A stretch of 35,633 nucleotides of DNA from a virus. Taxonomy: Duplodnaviria > Heunggongvirae > Uroviricota > Caudoviricetes. The translations under genes and the position numbers were made by a program. Location: the IMG/VR virus record IMGVR_UViG_2541047595_000015. The stretch is one strand, 5' to 3'. Numbering within the stretch: the stretch's first letter is position 1; each line of letters begins with the position of its first letter. Positions 1-9,793 of the stretch are shown in pieces. Below the pieces are notes generated by a model. The model was not told where the DNA came from. It did not search any database and saw nothing but the letters and a program-made list of their open reading frames with translations.

Positions 1-1110
1 TCCGGTAAAATAAGGCAACCGATCTGCTGCAGTGGCAAGTCCTGCCAGAGCAGTGAGCGTGGCATCTGCCGGTTGTTTTCCGTTTGCCAGATCGTATGCA
101 GCCTTGACCGCTTTCGGTGTGGCGGCCAGTATTTCAGACGTGCTGTTGATGGCACTGCTCAATTGTATGGTGCCTTTTGCCGTCAGCGAGGCAGCAGGCA
201 CTCCCGTTATCTGACTCCACGGGTGAGTGTGGCTGACGGGCGCCTTGCCGGCTGCAAGGTCGTATGCAGCCTTGACCGCCTTCGGCGTGGCAGCCTCAGT
301 TTCTGATTGACTGTCCGTGGCGCTGCTCAGTTGTACGGTGCCTTTTGCCGTCAGCGAGGCAGCAGGCACTCCCGTTATCTGACTCCACGGGTGAGTGTGG
401 CTGACGGGGGCCTTGCCGGCAGCCAGGTCATATGCAGCCTTGACGGCCTTTGGTGTGGCGGCCAGCGTTTCAGAGGTGCTGTTGGTGGCACTGCTCAGTT
501 GTACGATCCCTTTACGGGTCGTTGTTGCATCCTGGGCTGTGTATTTTCCCCGGGCCAGATCATACGCGATTTTCACAGCCTTCGGCGTGGCAGCCTCAGT
601 TTCTGATTGACTGTCCGTGGCGCTGCTCAGTTGTACGGTGCCTTTTGCCGTCAGCGAGGCAGCAGGCACTCCCGTTATCTGACTCCACGGGTGAGTGTGG
701 CTGACGGGGGCCTTGCCGGCAGCCAGGTCATATGCAGCCTTGACGGCCTTTGGTGTGGCGGCCAGCGTTTCAGAGGTGCTGTTGGTGGCACTGCTCAGTT
801 GTACGATCCCTTTACGGGTCGTTGTTGCATCCTGGGCTGTGTATTTTCCCCGGGCCAGATCATACGCGATTTTCACAGCCTTCGGCGTTTCAGCCTCAGT
901 TTCTGATTGACTGTCCGTGGCACTGCTCAGCTGTACGGTGCCTTTTGCCGTCAGCGAGGCAGCAGGCACTCCCGTTATCTGACTCCACGGGTGAGTGTGA
1001 CTGACGGGTGCCTTGCCGGCTGCAAGGTCGTATGCAGCCTTGACGGCTTTTGGTGTGGCGGCCAGCGTTTCAGAGGTGCTGTTGGTGGCACTGCTCAGTT
1101 GGGTGAACCC
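1..1110. repeat. Tandem ~300-bp repeats (two ~150-bp half-units each) inside the tail-fibre gene
   Basis: Units 307-606 and 607-906 are identical except 2 nt on direct comparison; 907-~1110 and 1-306 are diverged or partial copies. Plus-strand ORF-track entries 307..606 and 607..906 give identical 99-aa antisense translations, an artefact of the repeat. Confidence 0.85.
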
Positions 1111-1329
1111 CTTAGCTGTCAGTGTCGCGTCCGGGTGGTTACGGGAACGTACGTGTTCAGCCAGTGACTGTGCGGCTTCCTCCGTTTTTTTCTTCAGCCA
1201 TTTCGTCCTGTTTGCCAGTTGCCGGGGGGCTCGATTTGATATCCCGTCAGCACCACCCAGAACCGGATCTGATGTCTCCAGTTGATAGATTTTTTCTTCC
1301 CACTTTTCTGTTTCATTCAGGTTTCCCAT
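1..1329 (-). CDS. Tail fibre protein (5' end at 1329, 3' end beyond window start)
   Basis: Minus-strand ATG at 1329 lies 2 nt after the upstream gene stop. Manual translation starts MGNLNETEKWEEKIYQLETSDPVLGG and continues into repeated ...TAKGFTQLSSATNSTSETLAATPKAVKAAYDLA... and ...TTRKGIVQLSSATNSTSETLAATPKAVK... units, which I recognise as the tail-fibre repeat of P2 H / lambda Stf-type fibres. No stop before position 1. The ORF track misses it because it has no in-window stop. Confidence 0.75.
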   Translation of the reverse strand, partial: MGNLNETEKWEEKIYQLETSDPVLGGADGISNRAPRQLANRTKWLKKKTEEAAQSLAEHVRSRNHPDATLTAKGFTQLSSATNSTSETLAATPKAVKAAYDLAAGKAPVSHTHPWSQITGVPAASLTAKGTVQLSSATDSQSETEAETPKAVKIAYDLARGKYTAQDATTTRKGIVQLSSATNSTSETLAATPKAVKAAYDLAAGKAPVSHTHPWSQITGVPAASLTAKGTVQLSSATDSQSETEAATPKAVKIAYDLARGKYTAQDATTTRKGIVQLSSATNSTSETLAATPKAVKAAYDLAAGKAPVSHTHPWSQITGVPAASLTAKGTVQLSSATDSQSETEAATPKAVKAAYDLAAGKAPVSHTHPWSQITGVPAASLTAKGTIQLSSAINSTSEILAATPKAVKAAYDLANGKQPADATLTALAGLATAADRLPYFTG

Positions 1330-1331
1330 AA

Positions 1332-1922
1332 TCAACTGCTCCCGTGGTTATAACTGCCATCATGGATGGCGGTATTGTTATAGCGAATGGCCACAGACTG
1401 ATACTCCAGGCTGGCCAGATGGCAGCGGGCCGGTGCAAATGCAGCGAGCGTCTGACGCAGCATCGCGGCCTGATCGTTAGTAATGGGCTGTTTCAGAATA
1501 ACGCGATAAACCGCCCAGGCGGCTGCATCTCCATGAACAAACAGTCCGTTATAGCTGCGATTGCCGTCGTAACTGAGACGACCTGTGCCTTCAATCAGAT
1601 CCACTTCACCAAAGCCAAAACGGCGGATAACTTCCCGGATTGACCACGGCGTCCCTTTATACCGGTGTAGTTCGATGGCTGCTTTTATAAGCATGCGGCG
1701 AACATCGTCCGATTCCGCCAGCTCCCAGCCATCGCCAGACAGTGAGAACTGCTCGCCCAGCCATGGCAGCGCAGAACTGTCGACGATATCGACGAGAAAG
1801 ACCATCAGTACGCTCAGGTCGATGTTATCCAGCCGCCCTGCCAGTCTTCCCAGCGTCCTGAGACTGATATCACCCTCAAGCGGTGGCGGGAGTTGTAATG
1901 GCTCAGTCATCAGACACTCCAC
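1332..1922 (-). CDS. Baseplate/tail protein I (P2 gpI-like)
   Basis: 196 aa; sits between the J-like and tail-fibre genes in P2 order (V-W-J-I-H); sequence resembles the tail protein I family. Confidence 0.7.
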   Translation of the reverse strand: MECLMTEPLQLPPPLEGDISLRTLGRLAGRLDNIDLSVLMVFLVDIVDSSALPWLGEQFSLSGDGWELAESDDVRRMLIKAAIELHRYKGTPWSIREVIRRFGFGEVDLIEGTGRLSYDGNRSYNGLFVHGDAAAWAVYRVILKQPITNDQAAMLRQTLAAFAPARCHLASLEYQSVAIRYNNTAIHDGSYNHGSS

Positions 1923-3006
1923 TCATGTTAAGTGTGATCGCCGTACAGTTTGCCCATTCGTTTTCTGCCACCACCCTCAGTGCCGGTGTCACCAGTTCAA
2001 CCTGGTACACCCCGGAAACGGACAATGCACTGATAATCTGGCTGGGGACAATATCACGCCCCAGCGTGGCGGCACGTGATGCCACCCAGTTCTGTATGGC
2101 GCTGTTAGCGGCATCTTTTACAGACCTGGCATCCTGATCACGATAGATCGTAATCCTGGCTTCAATGGTGTAATCCACCTTCACTGGTGTTTTAGCCCGC
2201 ACTGTATCAGTGAGTGGCCTGACTTTCTCATCAGAGCAGAAACTCTCTACCAGCGTGAGAACACCGCCGTCCGGCAGACCGGTACTGAGCAGCGGATACA
2301 GATCTACGGTCCCGGGAACCGGGGAAAGCACAGCAACATCGACAATGTTGGGATGGGCCTGCATGGCATGAAAGCGGTATGCGCCACGGCTTCCGGCATT
2401 GGTGAATGACTCCGGGGCCAGCCTGATACGCTCCCGGAGCCTGTCATCGTCTTCCTGTTCTGAACCGCCGGAACTGGCCGTCAGATTGCTCACCAGCAGG
2501 TCGACGTTATCAATCTCATCGAGTAACTGACTGACCTGCGCAGGTTGCCAGCCGTTACCAGCGGTACCGGGTTCGGTACAGGTGGACGTGACATTGACCA
2601 GCAGCAATCCGGCCTTCAGTACCACATCTGTATCGGTGGCAAAAATAACGCTGTCGGAAGCGCTGACGCGGGTGCCTGCCGGGATCAGCACATCAATGGT
2701 CAGTGCCTCATCCACAGAGAACTGAAGTGTGGTGGTGGCAGGCTGCGCGGCAAGGCGGTATACACCAACCAGTTCTCCGAGGTAATCAATCATCGGCTCT
2801 CGTGAAAAGGCGACCAGATTCTGCTTTGCTGCCTCCTGTACCGCAACCCTGACCAGCATTTCGCGATAGGCCCACAGATCAATCAGCAGACGTTCTGCCT
2901 GTGCCGGGTACAGCGTTTTGCCGGTATCCGCTTCATACTTCGCAATCATTTCTGCCGTGATTTTGTCGGCATCGCGTTCAATAAAATCGGGTTCTGTCAG
3001 CGCCAT
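1903..3006 (-). CDS. Baseplate J-like protein (P2 gpJ / Mu gp47 family)
   Basis: 367 aa; baseplate wedge position immediately after the W-like gene; small overlap with the downstream gene. Confidence 0.75.
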   Translation of the reverse strand: MALTEPDFIERDADKITAEMIAKYEADTGKTLYPAQAERLLIDLWAYREMLVRVAVQEAAKQNLVAFSREPMIDYLGELVGVYRLAAQPATTTLQFSVDEALTIDVLIPAGTRVSASDSVIFATDTDVVLKAGLLLVNVTSTCTEPGTAGNGWQPAQVSQLLDEIDNVDLLVSNLTASSGGSEQEDDDRLRERIRLAPESFTNAGSRGAYRFHAMQAHPNIVDVAVLSPVPGTVDLYPLLSTGLPDGGVLTLVESFCSDEKVRPLTDTVRAKTPVKVDYTIEARITIYRDQDARSVKDAANSAIQNWVASRAATLGRDIVPSQIISALSVSGVYQVELVTPALRVVAENEWANCTAITLNMSGVSDD

Positions 3007-3344
3007 AGCAACTCCTGAGTCCGGGTCTGTCCGTCTGAGCCTTTCCAGCTCACCCGGAGCGTAAGATGTTCGCCGTCGACGGCGGGTTTAACTGACATAA
3101 GCTGGCAGCGGGGCTCCCAGCGTCGGATGGCATCGACGGATTCGCGCACCACATGCGGAATGGCCCGGTCTACAGGCCAGTCGATATAAAGATGCAGATT
3201 GCTGCCGAACTCCGGGCGATGCGGGTCGCTGCCGCGGGGAGTCCGCAGGATAATTTGAATCGCCTGCCGGATATCATCCAGCCCCCGGACAATTTCGCCG
3301 GGAGCCTGCAGGGTCGGTTGCCAGAATACTGAGGTTGTTTTCAT
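2997..3344 (-). CDS. Baseplate assembly protein W (gp25-like)
   Basis: 115 aa, size and position typical of GPW/gp25; follows the V-like spike gene. Confidence 0.7.
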   Translation of the reverse strand: MKTTSVFWQPTLQAPGEIVRGLDDIRQAIQIILRTPRGSDPHRPEFGSNLHLYIDWPVDRAIPHVVRESVDAIRRWEPRCQLMSVKPAVDGEHLTLRVSWKGSDGQTRTQELLWR

Positions 3345-3398
3345 GGGGGCAGTATTGCCCCCGTGCGGGAACGCTGATATTAAAGGCGTTTAAAAAGC

Positions 3399-3995
3399 TC
3401 AGTGGGAGTGGTGGCTGGAGTTTTCGCCATCAGACAACATACTGCCCGTGGCATGGGCATTCCCTTTAATCTCGATATTGCCATGGATGGTCGCGGTAAC
3501 ACCTTCACCACCAGAACCCGCCATGCCTCCTTCGTAAATCAGCTTACCCCTGACACGCAGATCTCCGGTAAGTTCGGTTTCCGGTGCGTCAATCGTGGCT
3601 TTCTGTGTTTTCAATACCACATCAGCACCACACTCAATGACAATATGCTCAATGCCGCCCCGGATGATCAGAGTGTGCGTCTTCCGGTTGTAGCTGTACT
3701 CTGCACCATCAGCAAACCGGGTTCCCCGGATATTTTTGTCACTGAACGGTGGTTTATCGACGTCTGAATACACCGCGCCCAGAATAACACCATCCTCGCC
3801 GTTGGCATCGAGCAGCACCTCAACCTGCTCCCCCACGTCAGGGAGCCAGTAATCTTTGTTATCCTGGGTATTGCGCTGCAGCACGTTAAGCCAGTTTGTG
3901 CGCAGGTTATCGCATTCAGGCAGACGAACGCGGGCCTGAACCCTGTCGGCATCAACGGCACTGACCGTACCGACCTGACGAGTGACACCAGTCAT
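3399..3995 (-). CDS. Baseplate spike / assembly protein V (P2 gpV, Mu gp45-like)
   Basis: 198 aa; glycine-rich C-terminal region; located between the D-like and W-like genes. Confidence 0.65.
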   Translation of the reverse strand: MTGVTRQVGTVSAVDADRVQARVRLPECDNLRTNWLNVLQRNTQDNKDYWLPDVGEQVEVLLDANGEDGVILGAVYSDVDKPPFSDKNIRGTRFADGAEYSYNRKTHTLIIRGGIEHIVIECGADVVLKTQKATIDAPETELTGDLRVRGKLIYEGGMAGSGGEGVTATIHGNIEIKGNAHATGSMLSDGENSSHHSH

Positions 3996-5164
3996 TTTTT
4001 CTTCTCTCTTATTACTGTGGACGTGCTGCCGTCCGGTTTATAGATGGTCAGCATCCGGGTTTTGCCGATTTTTTTACCTTTCTTCGCCTTGCCCTGTGTG
4101 ATCGGCCCCCGTGCCACTTCCAGCTCTGTGGTGTAGCCGCTGTTACGGTCAAACGCATGGCGGGCAGTGGTTATGAGCCATGGCCCGGATAACTGCCCAA
4201 AACCCACCAGTTCAATTTTGTTGCCTGCTGTCAGTTGAGGTGTTCCCGTCAGCGTCAGGGAGCCGTTCTGCTGGTATTCGTTATGTCTGGCCAGTGCTGA
4301 ATCCGCTTTAATCCGGGCACTGTCCGGGTCGCTGACGCGGCTGTTAACTTTAAGTGAGTCAGCGCTGGTAACCTTACCACCTTTGAGCTTTTTGTCGCTT
4401 TCACGGGTACCACCATCAGCTTCGTAGACGATCAGTTTTTTACTGCTGCTTTTCTGGTGTTTTACCTTTGCAGATTTATAGACCCGGTTGATGGTGTCAC
4501 GCAGGGAAAAGCGGGCCACATCCTGCGGTTTTAACTGCCTGACCGGCTCCTGACTGCGCAGTGTGGCCAGATGAGAAAAAATCAGCTGGTCACTGACCAC
4601 TTTCACTGCATAACCATACTCGCTGGCCAGCCGGCGCAGAAAACCCACGTCGGTTTCAGCATACTGGGTCACCCGGTCGATTCTGATGGACTCAATGCTG
4701 CCCACCAGTTTCAGCCGGTGCTTTCTGGCAATCCGCCCCGCAACAGCTGCCAGCGTGGTGTTCTCAAAACCACGACTGGTTTTAGTCCGCAGGGCACTGT
4801 TAACCGAGGTGGCCACCCCACGGATAGAAACAACGGAAGCGGGCGAACTCACTTCGATCTCGTCTATAGAGAACGTACCGCAGGACAGCAGCTTCTCGTC
4901 CTGATAGCCCATTTTCAGCGTCAGCGTGTCACCCTTGCCCGGATACCACTTATCCAGCCAGCGGCCATCGGTGTCGTCCAGCTCCACCTCAATGGTATCG
5001 GACTCATTTTTGATGTTATCGCTCCAGGTCACACGGGTGACATAAGGCGCGATATCAGAGGTGATGTTTTTCTGCAGATACCACAGAGTGAACACCGGTG
5101 TCAGCACATCGCTGACGCCGGTTAACGCTGATGTGACTTGCGCAGTGCTGTTTATCTCAGCCAT
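3992..5164 (-). CDS. Tail protein D (late control gene D / Mu P-like baseplate hub)
   Basis: 390 aa; lysine-rich C-terminus; conserved position between X and V; 4-nt overlap with the downstream gene. Confidence 0.7.
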   Translation of the reverse strand: MAEINSTAQVTSALTGVSDVLTPVFTLWYLQKNITSDIAPYVTRVTWSDNIKNESDTIEVELDDTDGRWLDKWYPGKGDTLTLKMGYQDEKLLSCGTFSIDEIEVSSPASVVSIRGVATSVNSALRTKTSRGFENTTLAAVAGRIARKHRLKLVGSIESIRIDRVTQYAETDVGFLRRLASEYGYAVKVVSDQLIFSHLATLRSQEPVRQLKPQDVARFSLRDTINRVYKSAKVKHQKSSSKKLIVYEADGGTRESDKKLKGGKVTSADSLKVNSRVSDPDSARIKADSALARHNEYQQNGSLTLTGTPQLTAGNKIELVGFGQLSGPWLITTARHAFDRNSGYTTELEVARGPITQGKAKKGKKIGKTRMLTIYKPDGSTSTVIREKKK

Positions 5165-5367
5165 GGGGCAATATCCTCTTCTGTACGGGCTTCTTCAGCC
5201 TCAATCACCGGGATCAGTAACAACAGCCCGGAGGGCAGCACCGGCGTGATGGCCACGTGCGGATTGGCGGCAATAATCCGGGGATAGCCCAGCGGGTCAC
5301 CGTAGTACTGCCATGCCAGCGAATCCCAGCGCTCTCCGTCACGGGTAACATGTTCAAGAAACATCAC
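5152..5367 (-). CDS. Tail protein X (P2 gpX-like)
   Basis: 71 aa with the ERWDSLAWQYYGD motif typical of the tail protein X family. Confidence 0.7.
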   Translation of the reverse strand: MMFLEHVTRDGERWDSLAWQYYGDPLGYPRIIAANPHVAITPVLPSGLLLLIPVIEAEEARTEEDIAPWLR

Positions 5368-6248
5368 ACACTCCTCGTCAGTATTCTGGCGGCCATTGCA
5401 CTTAATCCCGGAGACATGCGGTTGAATGCTGTTCCGACGGCGTTAAGCTGCCCGGAAACGGTATCCAGAGCACCTGCAATATTTCTTTTGTCCACACCAC
5501 TCAGCGCAGACTGTGCCTGCTGTACATACGTGGCTGCTTCGCTGGCTGTTCTGGCCAGACTGATGGCATCGGGCATGGATTCAGAGAGTGCGTTAAACGC
5601 CGGAACACTTTTCCCCAGAGCCCCGGAGATATTACCCAGTCCGCTCATCAGCCCCGGCACACGGGTCAGTGCGACAACGGGGTTATCCTTCATTTTCTGT
5701 GTCACTCGAACGGCGCTGATAGTGGTCTGGAGTACAGACTGCGCCTGTTTCGCATAGTTGACGCCGTTGCGGATGAACTGCGCCACCCCGGAAGGTGAAG
5801 GAATGGCACCGGAGACCGCCCCGACACCCGGGAGCTTCGTGCGTATTGCCGGTGGTTGCAGAGGATTTTTCGGGTCACCGGTGTATTCCCGGAGAGACAC
5901 GGTGGCACTGACAGCCAGCACGTTGCCGGTACTGTCAGTCTGCTCGCTGGTTGCAGTCACATCGGTAATCACGAACCAGCCGCGATAGTCACCGTTGCCG
6001 AAGACCAGCGCCAGTGCCTGATGGGCTTTCATGGCTGTTCGCAGTCTCGCCAGCTCCACATCGGGTACACAATAATGCTGATGGAAAACCAGAGTTATCT
6101 GGATTTCGTCCAGCCTGTCGCCGACGAACTGCAGGCCAGGCTTACCCCCGATGCGGGCATGCTCCGCATAATCGACGCCGAACGTGGCCTCGAAGCCGTC
6201 CCAGTAGGTAATCAGCTCAAACTCAATATCACCCAGTACGGCAAACAT
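5364..6248 (-). CDS. Tail protein, gpU-like / DNA-circularisation-like
   Basis: 294 aa; directly downstream of the tape measure gene as in P2 (T-U-D); the N-terminus resembles tail protein U. Assignment is positional plus weak similarity. Confidence 0.5.
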   Translation of the reverse strand: MFAVLGDIEFELITYWDGFEATFGVDYAEHARIGGKPGLQFVGDRLDEIQITLVFHQHYCVPDVELARLRTAMKAHQALALVFGNGDYRGWFVITDVTATSEQTDSTGNVLAVSATVSLREYTGDPKNPLQPPAIRTKLPGVGAVSGAIPSPSGVAQFIRNGVNYAKQAQSVLQTTISAVRVTQKMKDNPVVALTRVPGLMSGLGNISGALGKSVPAFNALSESMPDAISLARTASEAATYVQQAQSALSGVDKRNIAGALDTVSGQLNAVGTAFNRMSPGLSAMAARILTRSV

Positions 6249-9200
6249 CAGCGGTACTCCTTACGTTGTTTCTGAGCCAGCAGACGCTCCAGCATTTTTT
6301 CCAGCTCATGCAGACTCATATTCAGGGCACCAGTCAGTCCTGCAGGCGCTGTGGTTTCCCTGCCATTGAGGAAAAACTGAGGATTAAAGCTGACCTGGAT
6401 ACCACCAGACGTTCCACCGCCGGTTGCAGCTGCACCACGGCCTGAATATCCGGCAGCCAGGATTTCAGGCGAGGGGATACGGGGAACATCCGGTGTCATC
6501 TCATTTGCCAGACGTTGCCCTGGTAAAATCGATGCCCGGGTGGAGAGCGGAATAACGGGCATGGAAGACAAACTATTGATTACGGCTCCGATCGCATTTT
6601 TAGCAGACGACATAAACCCATTGATATCGGGCAACGGCATACTGAAGCGAACACCTGAAGTGTTATCCCGTATTTCTGGCCCCTGAATGCTCACGGGCAT
6701 TCTGGGGAGCAGTTCACTGGCCATTCGCTGCCCGGCCAGAGCTGCAAGCGGAGTGGTCCGCTGCAGGCCAATGGCGGCCCCCTGCGCGATATTGTCACCA
6801 AAGCCCATAAACACGCGGCTCGGCGAATGAATGCCCAGCTTTTCGCTGAACCAGCCACTGATGCTGTCACCCATTCCGGTTACACTGGATTTGAGCGACT
6901 CCCATTTGTTTTTGATACCGTTAATCAGACCGTCGACAAGATGGCCACCGAAGTCGGTGAACTTTGCCGGCAGATCAACACCAAGATATTTCAGCGCAGC
7001 TGCAAAGGCTTTATAGAGCAGACCTGCCGGCGACCAGTTAATCAGCAGCTTACCAGTTCCCGCGATACCGCCGTTAAAGGCTTCCTGAATGTCAGCCCAG
7101 CACTGTTTAAACCAGCTACTGATGCTGTCACCCATTCCGGTTACACTGGATTTGAGCGACCCCCATTTGTTTTTGATACCGTTAATCAGACCGTCGATAA
7201 GATGGCCACCGAAGTCGGTGAACTTTGCCGGCAGAGCAACGCCGAAATATTTCAGCGCAGCCGCAAAGGCTTTATAGAGCAGGCCTGCCGGCGACCAGTT
7301 AATCAGCAACTTACCAATTCCCACAATTCCGCCGTTAAAGGCTTCCTGAATGTCAGCCCAGCGCTGTTTAAACCAGCTACTGATGCTGTCACCCATTCCG
7401 GTTACACTGGATTTGAGCGACCCCCATTTGCTTTTGATACCGTTAATCAGACCGTCGATAAGATGGCCACCGAAGTCGGTGAACTTTGCCGGCAGAGCAA
7501 CGCCGAAATATTTCAGCGCAGCCGCAAAGGCTTTATAGAGCAGGCCTGCCGGCGACCAGTTAATCAGCAACTTACCAATTCCCACAATGCCGCCGTTAAA
7601 GGCTTCCTGAATGTCAGCCCAGCGCTGTTTAAACCAACCACTGACAGCCCCCCAGTTGCGGTAGATAAGGTAAGCTGCTGTCGCGACAGCGGTGATAACG
7701 AGACCGATGGGATTCATCATCAGCGCTCGCCCAATCCAGAGAACGGCACGTGCAGCGCTCATAAAACCGCGAACGAGGCTGCCCGCCAGAACTTTGCTGA
7801 GTTTCAGTCCTCCGCTGGTCAGTCGGCTGAATCCAGTGACAAGCCAGCGTAATTTGCCACCTTCTCCGAGTGCGGTAGTCAGTCGATGCCAGTTGGTCCG
7901 GAGTAAAACAGTAGTTTTCCAGACGTTCACAAAGGGGGAAATAAGGAGATTCAGCCCCAGTTTGAGACCAATAGTCGCTATCTTAATCGCAAGGAGCGCA
8001 CTGATGAGCTTAAAAGCCCCACTGACAAATTGCGGGTGAGTCGCTACCCAGTGTTTTGTCCCCTGAATGAGTGGGAGCAGTTCCTGAGTCAGAGAAATAA
8101 AAGATGGAGCTAATTGATCGCCCAGCGTAATTGCCAGATCGCGACTGCTGACCATAAGTGTTTTAGTGGCTTCAAGGGGAGATTTCAGCCGCTGATCATA
8201 AGCACTGGCAAGCAAATCGTTATCCGCAGCCCTGAGAGCACCGGCACGGATCTCTCGATATCTGTCCATGTTGGCCAGCATCGGGCGGATAAATGCCATG
8301 ACCTGCATATCCGCGAACATATCGCCCAGACCAAAGTTTTTCGCCAGAGCCTGAAGTGCCTCATCTCTTGCCGTATCATTCTTTATTTTCATGGCTGATT
8401 TGAAGCCGGCCAGCGCTTCGGGGCTTTTGGCATTGAGGTAACGTTCTATAACACTCAACATCCCTTCAATCGGAGAGATCCCCGCAGCTTTATAACTCGC
8501 AATAGATCCCTGCAAATCAATACCCAGATCAGCAAACTGTTTCTGAGTATCGCGGGCAAAAATTTTGGTAAGAAAGTTTTTAAAATTATTGGCTGCTTCG
8601 TCGGTGGAACCTGCACCGATTTTTGCTATCTGGAGACTGGCCCCGATTTCAGCAACAGCCTCTTTTCCACTGGCAAGACCCGCCATCATTGGGGCCAGGG
8701 ACTGCATCCACTTGACCTGATCCGGGATTTCAAATGACCCCTGGTCACCGGCATAAGCCATAATATTCTGAACGGCACCAAAATCTCTGGCCGCACCTTT
8801 CAGGGAGTTTTGCCAGACTGCGGCCACTTTTGCCCAGTCCTGAGCAGACGTGCGTGTTGCCGTTGCCGCGCGGGCAATATCCGGCATCAGAAAACCGATA
8901 TCTGACACATTATCAATATTGTCGCTGATGAGTGAACCCACCGCCTCCTGCAGCTCATCCTGATACTGATTGTATTTAAGCGCCCAGCCTTTTATCTGTC
9001 CGGCAAGTGCATCCCGCGTTTTATTGTCATATTTTGCGGTGATCGACATATCAATCATTTTGTCCTGAAAAGACATGGACTGCTGAACGGCAGGGGAAAC
9101 CGTATGATAAACAGTCTGTGCCATGCCATACGCTTCAATCCCCTGACCATACAGCGCCATGCGGTTAGCTTTCAGCGCATCACTGGTAGCGGATGCCGCT

Positions 9201-9460
9201 GACAGACGGCGCTGCTGGCGCTCAATTTGCTCCATGGTGCGGCTTACCCGCAGCAGCTCGCTGTTGAGATGCTGCATCCGGGAAGAACCCAGTTGACCAT
9301 AACGTTCTGTTGCACGGGTTAAAGCGTTCTGACGTTCCTGCAGGCGGCGTGAGGTATCGCTCAGGGAATCAAGCGCACGGCGGGTACCGCTCATTGCAGA
9401 ACGGAATGTGCTGCCAATCATCCCGCCGATAACAACGCCGACTGAAAACTGTCCCGACAT
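6248..9460 (-). CDS. Tail tape measure protein
   Basis: 1070 aa; largest gene of the tail module, after the chaperone pair; GGAGG 10 nt upstream of the ATG at 9460; contains three tandem 87-aa repeats. Confidence 0.85.
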   Translation of the reverse strand: MSGQFSVGVVIGGMIGSTFRSAMSGTRRALDSLSDTSRRLQERQNALTRATERYGQLGSSRMQHLNSELLRVSRTMEQIERQQRRLSAASATSDALKANRMALYGQGIEAYGMAQTVYHTVSPAVQQSMSFQDKMIDMSITAKYDNKTRDALAGQIKGWALKYNQYQDELQEAVGSLISDNIDNVSDIGFLMPDIARAATATRTSAQDWAKVAAVWQNSLKGAARDFGAVQNIMAYAGDQGSFEIPDQVKWMQSLAPMMAGLASGKEAVAEIGASLQIAKIGAGSTDEAANNFKNFLTKIFARDTQKQFADLGIDLQGSIASYKAAGISPIEGMLSVIERYLNAKSPEALAGFKSAMKIKNDTARDEALQALAKNFGLGDMFADMQVMAFIRPMLANMDRYREIRAGALRAADNDLLASAYDQRLKSPLEATKTLMVSSRDLAITLGDQLAPSFISLTQELLPLIQGTKHWVATHPQFVSGAFKLISALLAIKIATIGLKLGLNLLISPFVNVWKTTVLLRTNWHRLTTALGEGGKLRWLVTGFSRLTSGGLKLSKVLAGSLVRGFMSAARAVLWIGRALMMNPIGLVITAVATAAYLIYRNWGAVSGWFKQRWADIQEAFNGGIVGIGKLLINWSPAGLLYKAFAAALKYFGVALPAKFTDFGGHLIDGLINGIKSKWGSLKSSVTGMGDSISSWFKQRWADIQEAFNGGIVGIGKLLINWSPAGLLYKAFAAALKYFGVALPAKFTDFGGHLIDGLINGIKNKWGSLKSSVTGMGDSISSWFKQCWADIQEAFNGGIAGTGKLLINWSPAGLLYKAFAAALKYLGVDLPAKFTDFGGHLVDGLINGIKNKWESLKSSVTGMGDSISGWFSEKLGIHSPSRVFMGFGDNIAQGAAIGLQRTTPLAALAGQRMASELLPRMPVSIQGPEIRDNTSGVRFSMPLPDINGFMSSAKNAIGAVINSLSSMPVIPLSTRASILPGQRLANEMTPDVPRIPSPEILAAGYSGRGAAATGGGTSGGIQVSFNPQFFLNGRETTAPAGLTGALNMSLHELEKMLERLLAQKQRKEYR
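6850..7636. repeat. Three tandem ~261-bp repeats inside the tape measure gene
   Basis: The segment WFKQRWADIQEAFNGGIVGIGKLLINWSPAGLLYKAFAAALKYFGVALPAKFTDFGGHLIDGLINGIK.KWGSLKSSVTGMGDSIS occurs three times in the TMP. Antisense plus-strand ORFs at 6831, 7089 and 7350 are spaced 258-261 nt apart with near-identical translations. Confidence 0.85.
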
Positions 9461-9535
9461 AGTGGTTAACCTCCGGGGAAGGTGAAAAGACGTGAGGGGA
9501 TAACGCAGAACAGCCGCTACTGGCGGCTGTCTGTA

Positions 9536-9793
9536 CTATGATTTGTCGCCGTACTCGCTTTTGATTTGCTCTTCAGCCTGCTCCAGCCACATCTCCAGAT
9601 CGTCAGTATCGAGGGCATCAATCTCCCCCGGCTGAAACCGGAACCATCTCGCCAGCAGCCCCTGCGCCTGCGTCAGCGCCCTGGTTGCTCTCACCCATCC
9701 CCGTGATGAGCTGAAATCGTTTCTGTAACTGCAGGTAATCAGCCAGATCCATATTGTCGAGATCTTCCGGGAGAAGACCAGTACTGCGGGCAA
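9536..9793 (-). CDS. Overlapping second-frame ORF, likely the frameshift extension of the tail assembly chaperone
   Basis: ORF in another frame overlapping the 3' part of the chaperone ORF, with an acidic C-terminus (EIDALDTDDLEMWLEQAEEQIKSEYGDKS). This is the conserved two-frame arrangement upstream of tape measure genes. Confidence 0.45.
   Translation of the reverse strand: MPAVLVFSRKISTIWIWLITCSYRNDFSSSRGWVRATRALTQAQGLLARWFRFQPGEIDALDTDDLEMWLEQAEEQIKSEYGDKS

Noticed and set aside
1-1110. Possible CRISPR array suggested by regular tandem repeats
   Set aside because: The repeat units are 150-300 bp, contiguous without unique spacers, and lie in frame inside a tail-fibre coding sequence; this is not a CRISPR architecture.
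3402-5125. Plus-strand ORFs (3402..3767, 4571..5125 and similar) within the baseplate genes
   Set aside because: Antisense to conserved baseplate V/D genes; typical spurious ORFs in GC-rich coding DNA.
6827-7852. 341-aa plus-strand ORF and three identical 62-aa ORFs (6831, 7089, 7350) antisense to the tape measure gene
   Set aside because: These are artefacts of the 261-bp tandem repeats read on the non-coding strand; the minus-strand tape measure frame is continuous and far better supported.
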